From Octopus sinensis (Eukaryota): a stretch of DNA of 64,000 bases. Below the pieces are notes generated by a model, which made no database searches, was not told the DNA's origin, and saw nothing but the letters and a program-made list of their open reading frames with translations. Positions 52,181 through 64,000 of the stretch are shown here, in pieces. The first letter of the stretch is position 1. Every line of letters starts with the position of its first letter. Made by a program: the position numbers and the translations under genes. Where the stretch lies: contig NC_043008.1 of the NCBI RefSeq assembly GCF_006345805.1, positions 46,686,001 through 46,750,000 on the forward strand, in the 5' to 3' direction.

Positions 52181-53030
52181 TACATATATATATATATATA
52201 TGATATTTATACAATTCTGTAAATAATAATGATGGCGTTCATATAAGCCTAAAGCTTATAGTGACCACCGTGCAATTACTAAAAAATTATCTAAAAATGG
52301 GATATATAAGCTCTCGACAGGCGCCGTATAAGAAAACCATTCGCACAGAAAGCATATTGGAAGTTTGTTTACAAAAATAACTACGAATAGTTCTTAAATT
52401 TCACAGAAACAAGGCGGCTAATTCGCTGGTGTAATGGAAACACAGTCGCTTTAACAAAGGAATGCAGATTCGAGTCCCACGCAAATAGGAAGCCTACTTC
52501 TCAGTCATTGCACGATGATCGCTATAAGCTTGTATAAATGCCGTTATTATTATTTAGATGATTGTAAAACCCGGCGCCGTACAACCGAACCATTCGCACC
52601 GAAAGCATGTACATTTATAAATATATATGTGTATATGTGCAAGCGTGTATATATGTATGTATATTTTCCTCCAAGTGTACGCCTTCTCTATCTTGGAATT
52701 CGATGCAATCTGCACCCGATATATATAGAGAAGAGGGTAGTGAAACCCTACTCTCTTCCAGTCATGTGACCGCCTGAACCTACAGTTTCGACGTCTTCTT
52801 GATCATTCTCGGTGGTGGATACTCGTCCGCTAGAGATAAAGATATCTCACTCTAGCTCGCAACATGTAGAAAATACCTGCCCCACCACCAGCAACTAATC
52901 TTGCAACATACACAGTGAAGTGGCGATAAACTTTACTTCCCAGTATCGTTACTACTTTGATCTCTTAGAGAGATTTTCGAACTAGCAAATTTGCTTGTTA
53001 TATGTACATGTGTTTGTGTTTGTGTGTAAA

Positions 53031-54010
53031 TTCTTTTCTTTTTATTCTCTTCAGCCACGTCATTGCGGCCATGCTGGTGCACCACCGTCTTGTTGTACTT
53101 TTACATATTCTGCTTTGGCTGATTTTTTCCGGCTGCTGCAGTTTCATATCAGCGCTCCTTCGAGTGAATTTCCCCTTTGCTGTTGGTCCATGTGGCGCCT
53201 GAGGGCGTTTGCCACTTCTTCCATTACCTGTACTTCATGCCAGCCCATTGTTTCCTCCGGTGTCGTGGATAGACGGATGTCCCGTTAATTCTTGAAGCCA
53301 TCCACGTTCATCTTGTGTATCTTAATTTTTTGTGATAGGGTATTGATGTGCCGTGGGCCTTTGAACCGTAAGCCATTGGAGTGTTAGGTTCTGACTATAG
53401 ATAAGATAGACGGCAACTTTAGTATAATACAACGTCAATGCTCGATGTCAAAATTGGGTACTAACCCTTCCAGAACTTTCCATGTGTAGATTGTTATATA
53501 TCTGACGCATTTTCGCATTGCAGTTTTTATATCTTCTCCCTGTAGTTCATCTGCTACACTGCTACAATTTTCTTATTGTAGTTACCTTGGACCGCTCGAG
53601 ATCATCGGGTTTTTGTGCTATGTGATGATCACAGCTGAGAGTAGAGTCTAGGCGACTGAGAAAAACTCCCATCGACAGGATCAATATGACTCCTTGATCT
53701 CGTACGTAGAAGGACCTTAGTATCCAACCTGCACTTTGTTGGCACCTTGGTAACGTGTACCGGAAATGATATTCATCCCAAAGACTCTCATTCACTGTGG
53801 CTCTGAGGCTTCAGTGCTCTCCGGCCTTGTATATATATTATAGAGGCTGCGATGCGTTTGAGGTGATAGTGCAGTGCTTGAAATTTGGAAACGTACTGGT
53901 TTATTCAGCCCATGCGTGTATTGAAAGAAGCTCCTGCCGTAAGCATGAGATATCACCTGGGTATTTTTTATCGCCTACAATAATTTTCTACCATGGAAGA
54001 AGTTAGTAAC
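53031..54010 (-). mobile_element. CR1/L2-group LINE 3' fragment (same group as 25840-26672)
   Basis: Minus strand: SIHAWAE, WILRSFYVRDQ, LSRLD, YITIYTWKVLEG.VPN and GLRFKGP...RLSTTPEE, then the tail ggtggtgcaccagcatggccgca...gctgaa..A-rich. Confidence 0.8.
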
Positions 54011-54120
54011 AGTGGCTTTCTGAGTAACCACGGGATTAAGAGTGCTATCATAAGCAGTAATGGCCCAAGACAATTCCCGGGGGATGGGGGGCGCCGATAT
54101 ATATATATATATATATTATA

Positions 54121-54351
54121 TACAGGGTTGGCCAAAGGTCACCTGACAGTAAATCAAATCCATTTAATTCCAATTATTTATGCTTAACTGCTGAATGAAT
54201 TTAATAAAATTATCTACATATGAAATATGAAAACTGTTCAAACTGAATTCTTGCTTGAGCGACACATTTTCCCATTCGACTCAATACAGAATTGCAGATG
54301 GTATATATGGAATTTTGATTTATTGTCCGGTGACTTTTGATCAACCATGTA
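54121..54351. mobile_element. TA-flanked MITE (Tc1/mariner type)
   Basis: tacagggttggccaaaggtcacctgaca versus the reverse complement of tgtccggtgacttttgatcaaccatgta: ~28-bp imperfect TIRs with terminal TA. Confidence 0.85.
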
Positions 54352-54644
54352 TATACCCTTTGAAACGCTATCCGAATCTGCCGTGTTGAACCAGAACCCG
54401 GTCCACATATATACCTGTATCATTAAATGTATAGCTTTATATTCGATCTGCTAGTGTACCGTTGAATCTATTGTTTTCAGTTAAAATTTGTTGGTGGTCC
54501 AAATAAAGGTTTTGACTCTTATTTCTAGCAGTCACATGGCGCCTGGTTGATAACCACTGGTATATCCACTGAAGGTGAATGTTCTTAAAGCTTCTGTAAC
54601 GCTGCTTGTCTATATTCGTTTTAGTCAACACTTGGTTTAGTATA

Positions 54645-54800
54645 TTCTTTTCTACTCTAGGCACAAGATCTCAAATGTAGGGGGAGGGGGCCAGACGATA
54701 AAATCGACCCCAGAATGCAACTGGTACTTAATTTATTGATCCCAGAATGATGAAAGACAAAGTATACCTCGACGGAATTTGAACTCAGAACGTAAATACA
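54645..54800 (-). mobile_element. SINE family 1 (5'-truncated)
   Basis: aatcgaccccagaatgcaactggtactta central block and ggaatttgaactcagaac B-box region. Confidence 0.8.
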
Positions 54801-57594
54801 ACATTTCACCCGCTCTGCTAAAGTTTCTGCCGCCTTTTGCTTTGGTATATTCGTTTTCTCTCTCATTTCATAACGCACAGTTATTGTTAAGGAAATGTAA
54901 AGCCCTCTCTTTGCATTCACACACAGGTGATATTGTCGTTGACATAGCAACATGTTCCACATTAATAGATTCCCAATCCTTTACTCAAGGCACGCATGCA
55001 CGTTTCAAATGATGTCTTGTGGCATGGACTCCATTGCTTCATTGCCAGAACCAAACTTTCCTTGTTAAACTGTGCTTCTAACTTCCAAAAAGGGAAATAA
55101 ATTTAATCTGATTAAGTTCAAATAATTCGGAAGAAGATGAAAATGTATTAGCTTTTATCCAAATACCTGATTAATTTGCTTCAAGTTTATTTAAATCTAT
55201 TTTGGTTTTATTTTAATGTGCTTAGAAATTGTTTTAATACCATTTTGAACATTTGAAACATTTTGGTCTTCAAGTATATATTTCTATGTTCTGATACCTA
55301 AAGATTTTAGGTTGATTTCATCCCTCTTTATGGTCTTTCATTATATGAGACGAAGTAATTTCCTAAACGAAATTTTAAAACTCGTTATGATTAGTGAATG
55401 TTCTATGGCATATAACTTCAATTGCATCGCAAAATATTCACAGAAATTACTGAAAATACCACATATTACTATACATCCAGAAACCTTAAATTTATGCAAA
55501 ATATCTCATTAAACGGAAACACCTAATAATACTTTTGTATTTTGTTTCAGCCTGTAATGCGATAGTTAACGATATTCTTATTTTTAAATGTGTTTCTTTA
55601 GAATTTTTTAGAATATTATTTGCATTCATTGAAACCTGTCTTCTACATTAATTTCTTCACATAAAAAAGCAAAAAGAATCATATATACATGTTTATTGCT
55701 TGTTTATAATAGCCTCGTTCCAGAGAAGAGCTATGAAACATTTTGTCTGGTTATGACATTTCCATGTCTACCCTATATCCGTCCCTGTTAAACTCTGTGC
55801 TCTTCCATCATAGATTACTATGAACATCGGATACAGGTGTATCTATCTATCTATGTATCTATTTATATATATGTCTGTCTGTCTGCCTGCCTGTATGTCT
55901 GTTCCATTGGGTTTCTTTACGTGTAAAAGTGTTTGTGCAACAACCAAAATCTTGACTAAAACCTCTGTGTATGAGTTCATAACGGGCAAGAGAGCATGAT
56001 ATAATTTTTCAGTTTACTTGAAAAAGCTATTTTACAAAACAATGTATCATTTCTGACGCCGAACCAATAATGATAAACGATGATGAAATTTCAGATTTTT
56101 TTCTATATCTTGAGAAATATGTGATTAATTTATAAATCTAAAAAAGCGATTTACAAGATAGAGTCATGATTTATGCATTTTGTTTGAATGTTAGTAGACA
56201 CACTTTATTTGTACTTTAGTCGTTAAGCTGACCTATACAAACGGAAAATTAGAAATAAGAATGGTATTAATAATGTTTATGAAGCGCATACAATTCTGTA
56301 TCAATGAAGGTTTTTTTTTATCCATTTTTATTTATTGCGAAGTTTAGAATAGACGGGATTTAGGTAGCCTGCCTCTAATTATTGCTTGAAAAATGGAAAT
56401 GATAAAGTTTTATTACAGCGTTGGGAAGATATGAAACAAGTCTCTATATTTAAAATAAATGTTCAGACGCAAGGCATGATAAAATCTTATCAACGTTTTG
56501 AAGAATTAAAAAAATATATATTTTTCTTTTCCAGAAAAGGATTATGCAAATATATTTTATTTCATTTTGTCAATACTGCCAAGTTCAATTCTACACGTTA
56601 TGAAATATTATAATCTTTATAGCAAACCTTATTAGAAACGTCACACAGCAACAAAGTCGTGCAATTAGTCAAAGTGTCCGTGGTGTGGATAACTAAATAA
56701 AATATTCAATCTTCATAGACCAGATTCCAGATATATTCTCTTCCTCAAAAACTGATTCGCAACATTTCATTTATATATTGAGTGCGAGTTTTGAGAATTA
56801 ACTCATTATAAAGCTGGCGTATTTACATCTTCAAATTTCTTGTCTAGATTTATCACCTACATTATTTTCGATTCTAATTTTAGAATTTTAAGAGCATTCA
56901 TATTAATCTGACTTACAAATATCTTCTCTAATTCTTTTTAATTCTTAAACTACTTCTTTTTGGCTTCCACGCGACAGCAAACTTCACCAATACTCACTAA
57001 TCCAAATAAAAGTTTTCCCAAGTCTTCAAATTCCAATATTAATCTCTGTAAACCCAATAATTTATCTTTAACAAATATATCTATTAATTCAAAGTTAATT
57101 AATTAACACTAATTTATAGACCATTCGACTTATAACGCCTACATTCCATTTCCTCATACCATCTTCTCACAATATCATGGAACTTTTTCATACATGTCCT
57201 CTTCGGTAATGAAATCAGATATTTTACAAAATATTGATTTGTCTTATCATAACCACTCTCTCAGACGTCCAATTAATTTATTTATACAATATTGACTCTA
57301 CGTATTTTATTCTATGACACCATAACTTAAATCGTATACAACTTCATTTCTTACCAGTACTTGCACACCAAGTGTACACTTAACAACATATATAAACACT
57401 GGCAGTAATAACATATATATTATATAAACATGGTTCAAGATATATATACGTCAATCACCGATTTCATATTCTGCCGAGTCAACAGTTACCTTATTCATTC
57501 TGACGTTTTAAATATGGCTATATATATATATATAATAATAATAATTATAACGTACATATAAAATAATAATAATAATAATAATAATGATAATAAT

Positions 57595-57790
57595 AATCCT
57601 TTCTACTATAAGAATAATGCCGGGAATTTGTGGGCAGGGGATAGTCGATTACATGTCCCCCAGTAATTGACTGGTACTTAACTTATCGACCCCGAAACGA
57701 TGACAGGCAAAGTCACTCTCGGCGGAATTTGAACTCGGAACGTAGCGATGGATGAAAGCATCTCGTCCAGCTTGCTAATCAGTCTGCCAG
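57595..57790 (-). mobile_element. SINE family 1
   Basis: ctggtacttaacttatcgaccccgaaa and ggcggaatttgaactcggaacgt match the other family 1 copies. Confidence 0.8.
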
Positions 57791-57839
57791 ATTAACATCT
57801 TAATGATGATGATGATGTTGATGATCATGATAACAGGGT

Positions 57840-59140
57840 GGTGCATAAAAAATATCGTGAAGCCATAGTTGGAGCATAAGAAGAAGTCTGGTGTCATCAA
57901 AATTAAAAATTGCGAACTGAAAGAATATTTTTTTAAATAAATAAACCCCCAGAACAGAAAAGAATGTAAGGAGGAAAATGTATGGTCAGTTTGCAGGAGA
58001 AGTGAACGCCAAGACAGGTACACATGACTGGTGGCTATGGATGAGAAGTCATTTGAAGCTAGAGACAGAAGCACTCATATGCGCAGCTCATGGACAAGAG
58101 TTAAGTTGTTTTGATCAGTTCCTAGAACTGTATCGGAGCAGAGAAAAACAACTGAGAGTCGTATATAAAAAAATGCCGGGGAGCCACTGTTGAAACACAC
58201 GAAGAAGCCCGACGTCGTCAGAACTAAAAATTGAGCATCGAAAGAACACTTTAAACAGAACATGAACAAGAAACAGGAAAGAAAAAGCATGGACGGATAA
58301 AAATGTACGGCCAGTTTGCAAGAGATGTGAACACCAAGTCATATACAGAGGAGCCGTTGCTATGCATGAGGTGGGGTGACGTGAAGTTAGAGACAGAAGT
58401 ACTCATATGCGCAGCTTAGGGACAAGCGTTAAGGACCAACTTTATAAAGTGCACAATAGACAAGAATAGCGATAGCTACAAATGCAGAATGTGTGGTGAG
58501 ATTGGTGAAACGGAATGGTATGTAGTTAGCGAAATGTCCGAAATAGGCACAACACGAATAGAAAAGACGCCATGACAATGTGACAATAATGATCGATTGG
58601 GAGCTCTCTGGAAATCAAGGCCCACAAATAGCAAAGATGTGGTACGAAGAAACACCAGAAGGAATCACCGAAAATGAATATTGCCCAATCCTGTGGGATG
58701 AAATGATCCGGTGCGAGCAACCGATCGGACATCGGAAAACGGATATTGTTGTGGTCAATAAAAAAGAAAGAACATGTATGGCAATCGATGTAGCACTGAC
58801 CCCAGTGGCAGCAGGATCAATGTGAAAGAAGAAAAAATAAACAAGTAGGACGATTTGAAGTGGGATATATACGATGGTTGTGGTCAATGAAGAGAGTAGA
58901 CGTGATACCAATTGTAATTGGTGCACTTGGAAGTATCAGCACTCAACTACCAACATGGCTAAAATAGATTGGTGCGAGTATGAAGGTAGAACAACTACAA
59001 AAATAAGCATTGCTTGGAACTGCAAGAATTTGTCGCAGACTTCTTGAAGCATGACCAGTAAGTAAGTGACACCTTAGTCTGCTGCCCGTGGACAGCTGAC
59101 ATTTTCCATCATACCCAGGGAAATAAGATGTGAGTTACTG
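57840..59140 (+). mobile_element. R4/Dong-type 3' fragment with an internal duplication
   Basis: MYGQF...LETEALICAA (twice), KCRMCGE.GET, WYEETPEG..ENE..ILWD...RKTDIVVV..KE.TC.AIDVA, VIPIVIGALG and ALLGTARI. Confidence 0.85.
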
Positions 59141-59977
59141 TTATTTAGTCACAGGAAACATCGTCTCCAGCTGGCTATACGACTCTCTGTGCCCTTATGT
59201 TTTCAAACAAAGGAGTTTATCATCGCCATTCAGCAAACAAAAAAAGCTATCTCTGCGTGTTGCGATTTCTGGGTTATTTTTCTTCATCAGGACAGGATAT
59301 CAGTTCGGCTACAGGTGGCACTGTTAAATTCTTCGAAATATATAGCTTTCGAAATGACACTAATCTAATAAAATAGAAAATTGATATTTGCAAATCTCTC
59401 AACGAGAGACATTGAGTAACAGCACGCTAGAGTAGCGCTTATTTGCCGACATACCACGCAGATCTGGTCAGGCCGAATGCTACCGCCATTTACCCTCAGA
59501 AAACATACTCTCCAACTATCCGTTACCTTATATTTTCGAACAACGTCGTTTAGCACCACCACTCAGCACATAAGCATATATATATATATATATATATATA
59601 TCCCCACCGCCAAAAAAAATATATCAGTGTTTCGTATAAACGTGTATTATATCAATAGTATATAATGTTTCAATTCTGTTTCTTTCCCGTTTTGTGTTCC
59701 GTAAGCAACACGTAATCAATTATAGTAAATATTGTACAGTATAATTTACAATGAAAACAATATATTCTTACATTCTGCCACATTAAATATTTGCACTAAA
59801 CGTCACAGATAAATTTGTTGGCCATTAAGTGATTCTCTGACACATCCTCCTCAAATAGCAAGAATGAGTTCTGTTTTAACTTCGCCAATAGGCCCAGGTG
59901 ATCTGTAAAAGATCATTGACACTACTGTTCCTGAACTGAGTAAACCATAAAGCACAAGTGTAAATGTGTATATGTTC

Positions 59978-60013
<36 letters not shown>

Positions 60014-60925
60014 CAGTGTGTCTGTGTGCGCGCATGTATATATATACACACACACTTATTGTGCGTGCGTGTGTGTTTTTGTGTGCATGTGTGCGCATAT
60101 GCCTGTCTCTGTGTTTGTGGGTGTGGTATAATTTTACGAAACATTTTAAATTATTCAAAGTGCTTAAATATAATTGAATTGCATTTAATTTCCTCTCATT
60201 TCTCCTTTTCTTTTGCAGCGAGAGATGCACAGTACGTTAATTAACAAATGTTTCATATAACAAATATAGTAGCAGAAATGGCAGAGGAAAATTGCAATAT
60301 TCTTTCTTAATTGTAATTAAAATTTAATTAGTTGCCCTTCAGATTATGTTCACAAGAAAAACTAAATTTGTAAATTCAATTTAGAAGACAATTAAACGCA
60401 TATTAATGTTAAATGAAGTTGCCTTTAAATTAATTGCTTTCATTAGATATGTGTGTCTAATGAAAAGTCTAGTCATACTTTAGCTATAATTACCCCAAAA
60501 AATTCTATAGTGAAAGACGTGATGAGAGAACCGTATAAAGATTGTTGAAAATGTAAGATAATACAACAATTATTTGAAAGATGCAATCACATTTACTCAT
60601 CAGATGTGAAATATTTACAGTTTGCGAATCTCATAATCACTCTGACAGGACAAGTAAATTTAATGTTTTTGTTCCACACGAATTCATGACCCTCTGCTTA
60701 ATTTCTCAGTCACATTTTGTCCCATGAAGATAATGTGTCAATATGATGCACATAGATCTAATAAGAAAAATCCAGCGCCGATTTGCCTTCAACACAAGCC
60801 ACAACTAAGGATTAGCTTTATTTGTAAGTTAAATTAACCAGTATTCAATCTAAACGTATTTCAACGAATAAAGATACACGTTAGGTAATAGATACCCATG
60901 TAGCCTAGATAACCACGAATATATT

Positions 60926-61092
60926 CGTTTCTACTCAAGGCACAAGGCCCGCAATGTTTGAGGAAAGGGCCAATCGATTAGATCGGCACCAGTAATTTAT
61001 CGACCACGAAAGGAGAAAAGACAAAGTCGACCTCGACGGAATTTGAACTCAGAACGTAGCGGCAGACGAAATATCGCTAAGCATTTCGCCCG
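60926..61092 (-). mobile_element. SINE family 1 with a perfect 16-bp target-site duplication
   Basis: taaccacgaatatatt at 60910-60925 and 61093-61108 flanks a family 1 body (ggaatttgaactcagaacgt, ttatcgacc). Confidence 0.85.
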
Positions 61093-61404
61093 TAACCACG
61101 AATATATTGAGTCTAGTGTATTCTAGTAAAAACACCGAAGTGTTAAATAAAATATTTTCTGTATAATTATAAACATGTGTAAGTTAAAATATCTGTAGTT
61201 GAGACATAAACACATACAGTTTGCGTGAATGGGCACTGCCAATGTTGATAGCAAGATGTCACAGATTTAGTTTGTCAGTCATAGAACTTAGTACGATAAA
61301 CTTAAAGTGGGCGGTGAGCGTAAGAGTACGAGAAAGCGCATCGCAAGTTATTTATGAGAGTCTCTACTGATCCTGCCATCTACCAATCTGTCAAGTCACT
61401 CATT

Positions 61405-61557
61405 ATACATACATACATACATACGTATATATATACATATTAAATGACTTGACCGCTATATATATGTATGTATGTGTATATATATATGTACACATGTACC
61501 TATATACATGTGTGTGCGGCATGAATACACACACACACATATATATATGTGTGTGTG

Positions 61558-61633
<76 letters not shown>

Positions 61634-61637
61634 TATA

Positions 61638-61685
<48 letters not shown>

Positions 61686-61832
61686 TGTAATATATATATA
61701 TACATATATATATATATGTATATGTATATATATGTATATATATACATATATATATATATATATGTTATATATATGTATATATATACATATATAATATATA
61801 TATATATATGTATATATATACATATATATATG

Positions 61833-61865
<33 letters not shown>

Positions 61866-61992
61866 GTATATATATGTATATATATATACATATGTATATA
61901 TATGTATGTATATATATATATGTATATATATGTATATATATACATATATATATATGTATAATATATGTATATATATACATATAATATATATA

Positions 61993-62023
<31 letters not shown>

Positions 62024-62865
62024 GTATATATATGTATATATAACATATATATAATGTATATATATGTATATATATACTATATATATATATATATGTATAT
62101 ATATGTATATATATATACATATATATATATATGTGTTATATATGTATATATATACATATTATATATATATGTTGTATTATATATATGTATATATATGTAT
62201 ATATGCATATATATATATGTATATATATGTATATATATACATATATGTATATATATATATATACATATATATACATATTATATATATATGTGTATATATA
62301 TGTATATATATACATATATATATGTATATATATACATATATATATATTATATATATACAATATATATGTATATATATGTATATATATATATACATATATA
62401 TATGTGTATATATATGTATATAATACATATATATATATCTGTATATATGTATATATATAATATATATATATGTATATATAGGTATATATATATACATATA
62501 TATATGTGTATATATATGTGTATATATATACATATATATATATGTATATATATGTATATATAGATTTGTATATATATGTATATATATACATATATATAGA
62601 TTTGTATATATATGTATATATATACATATATATATATATGTATATATATGTATATATATACATGTATATATATATATAATATATGTATATATATACATAT
62701 ATATATATGTATATATATACATATATAATATATGTATATATATACATATATATATATTATATATATATACATATAATATATATGTATATATAATATGTAT
62801 ATATATACATATATATATGTATATATATACATATATATGTATATATATGTTTATATATATGTATA

Positions 62866-62897
<32 letters not shown>

Positions 62898-63056
62898 GTA
62901 TAATATACATATATATATATATGTATATATACATATATATATATGTTTATATATATATATATATGTATATATATGTTTATATATATGTATATATCTATAT
63001 ATATATATGTTATATATATACATATATATATATGTATATATACATATATATATAGT

Positions 63057-63090
<34 letters not shown>

Positions 63091-63097
63091 TATATAG

Positions 63098-63147
<50 letters not shown>
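61405..63147. repeat. Very long degenerate (TA)n array with interspersed G/C (TATG/TACA variants)
   Basis: About 1.7 kb composed almost only of TA-based units. It generates the spurious IYIY ORFs. Confidence 0.95.
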
Positions 63148-63149
<2 letters not shown>

Positions 63150-63325
63150 GTGGCGGTTTTTTTGACTATTTATTAAAATTTTATGTATTGATTAAGTCTT
63201 TCCTTGTTTGTTTTGCAAAATAGTGGTTTTGTCTCTAATAATATTTTATAATATTTTACTATAAAATTGGATTTAATCCTAAATCTGATTTTTCCCTGTA
63301 AATTTGGATTTATTCCCTAATATTT
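63148..63325 (+). mobile_element. PLE-type repeat end (unfolded homologue of 21963-22120) embedded in the TA array
   Basis: aaattttatgtattgattaagtctttccttgtttgttttgcaaaatagtggttttgtctc...ttccctaatatttattat is nearly identical to the 22-kb copy. Confidence 0.6.
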
Positions 63326-63361
63326 ATTATTTATATGTATATATATATATATATGTTTATA

Positions 63362-63394
<33 letters not shown>

Positions 63395-63508
63395 GTTTAT
63401 ATATATGTATATATATATATGTTTATATATATGTATATATATATATATATATATGTTTATATATATGTATATATATATATATATATGTTTATATATATGT
63501 ATATATAA

Positions 63509-63552
<44 letters not shown>

Positions 63553-63613
63553 TACATATATATATATATTTATATATGTATATATATATAATATATATGT
63601 ATATATATATATG

Positions 63614-63663
<50 letters not shown>

Positions 63664-63779
63664 GTATATATATATATGTTATATATATATGTATGTATAT
63701 ATATAAAAATGTATATATATATATGTGTATATATAAAAATGTATATATATATATATGTATATATATATATGATATATAA

Positions 63780-63829
<50 letters not shown>

Positions 63830-63871
63830 TATGTATATATTTATATATATATATACTATATATATATATAT

Positions 63872-63903
<32 letters not shown>

Positions 63904-63920
63904 ATACATATATATACATA
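63326..63920. repeat. Degenerate (TA)n array
   Basis: Directly visible. Confidence 0.95.
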
Positions 63921-64000
63921 CACAGGCACACATAAGCTATATGCACGCACATAATATTTGAACATCAACATGATATTGAAAATATCCTGAACATTGAGAT

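Noticed and set aside
52727-52760. 11-bp stem-loop gaagagggtag/ctactctcttc
   Set aside because: An isolated hairpin with no context. Expected by chance in repeat-derived DNA.
61403-63971. Many ORFs of 100-200 aa (IYIYIY, CVCVCV, THTHTH types) here and throughout the window
   Set aside because: They are translations of TA/CA/TG microsatellites that lack stop codons in some frames. There is no coding signal.

Overview
This window is AT-rich, microsatellite-saturated animal genomic DNA. By my recognition of the SINE and repeat families it is very probably an octopod cephalopod; that is an inference with no search run. I can support no host protein-coding gene, rRNA, true tRNA or CRISPR array, so the window looks intergenic or intronic. 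Almost all long predicted ORFs (IYIYIY/CVCVCV types) are microsatellite artefacts. The interpretable content is transposon debris: an RTE-clade LINE relic (1.9-4.0 kb); two CR1/L2-group LINE 3' fragments; four R4/Dong-type REL-endonuclease LINE fragments; several Penelope-like element (PLE) ends; mariner, maT/DD37D-like and rosa/DD41D-like Tc1/mariner relics; an internally deleted Chapaev3-type transposon; two MITEs; and two tRNA-derived SINE families. Five observations stand out. (1) A PLE fragment with an uninterrupted GIY-YIG frame sits between 411-bp inverted arms (46.4-48.0 kb). (2) A minimal type I hammerhead ribozyme motif with a non-canonical core lies in a solo PLE-type repeat (34724-34759, minus strand). 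(3) A perfect 74-bp-arm palindrome lies at 21884-22036. (4) The CR1/L2-group LINE and one SINE family share a 3' tail. (5) Dong-like fragments cluster at (AAT)n tracts. I found no evidence of a novel multi-gene protein system.
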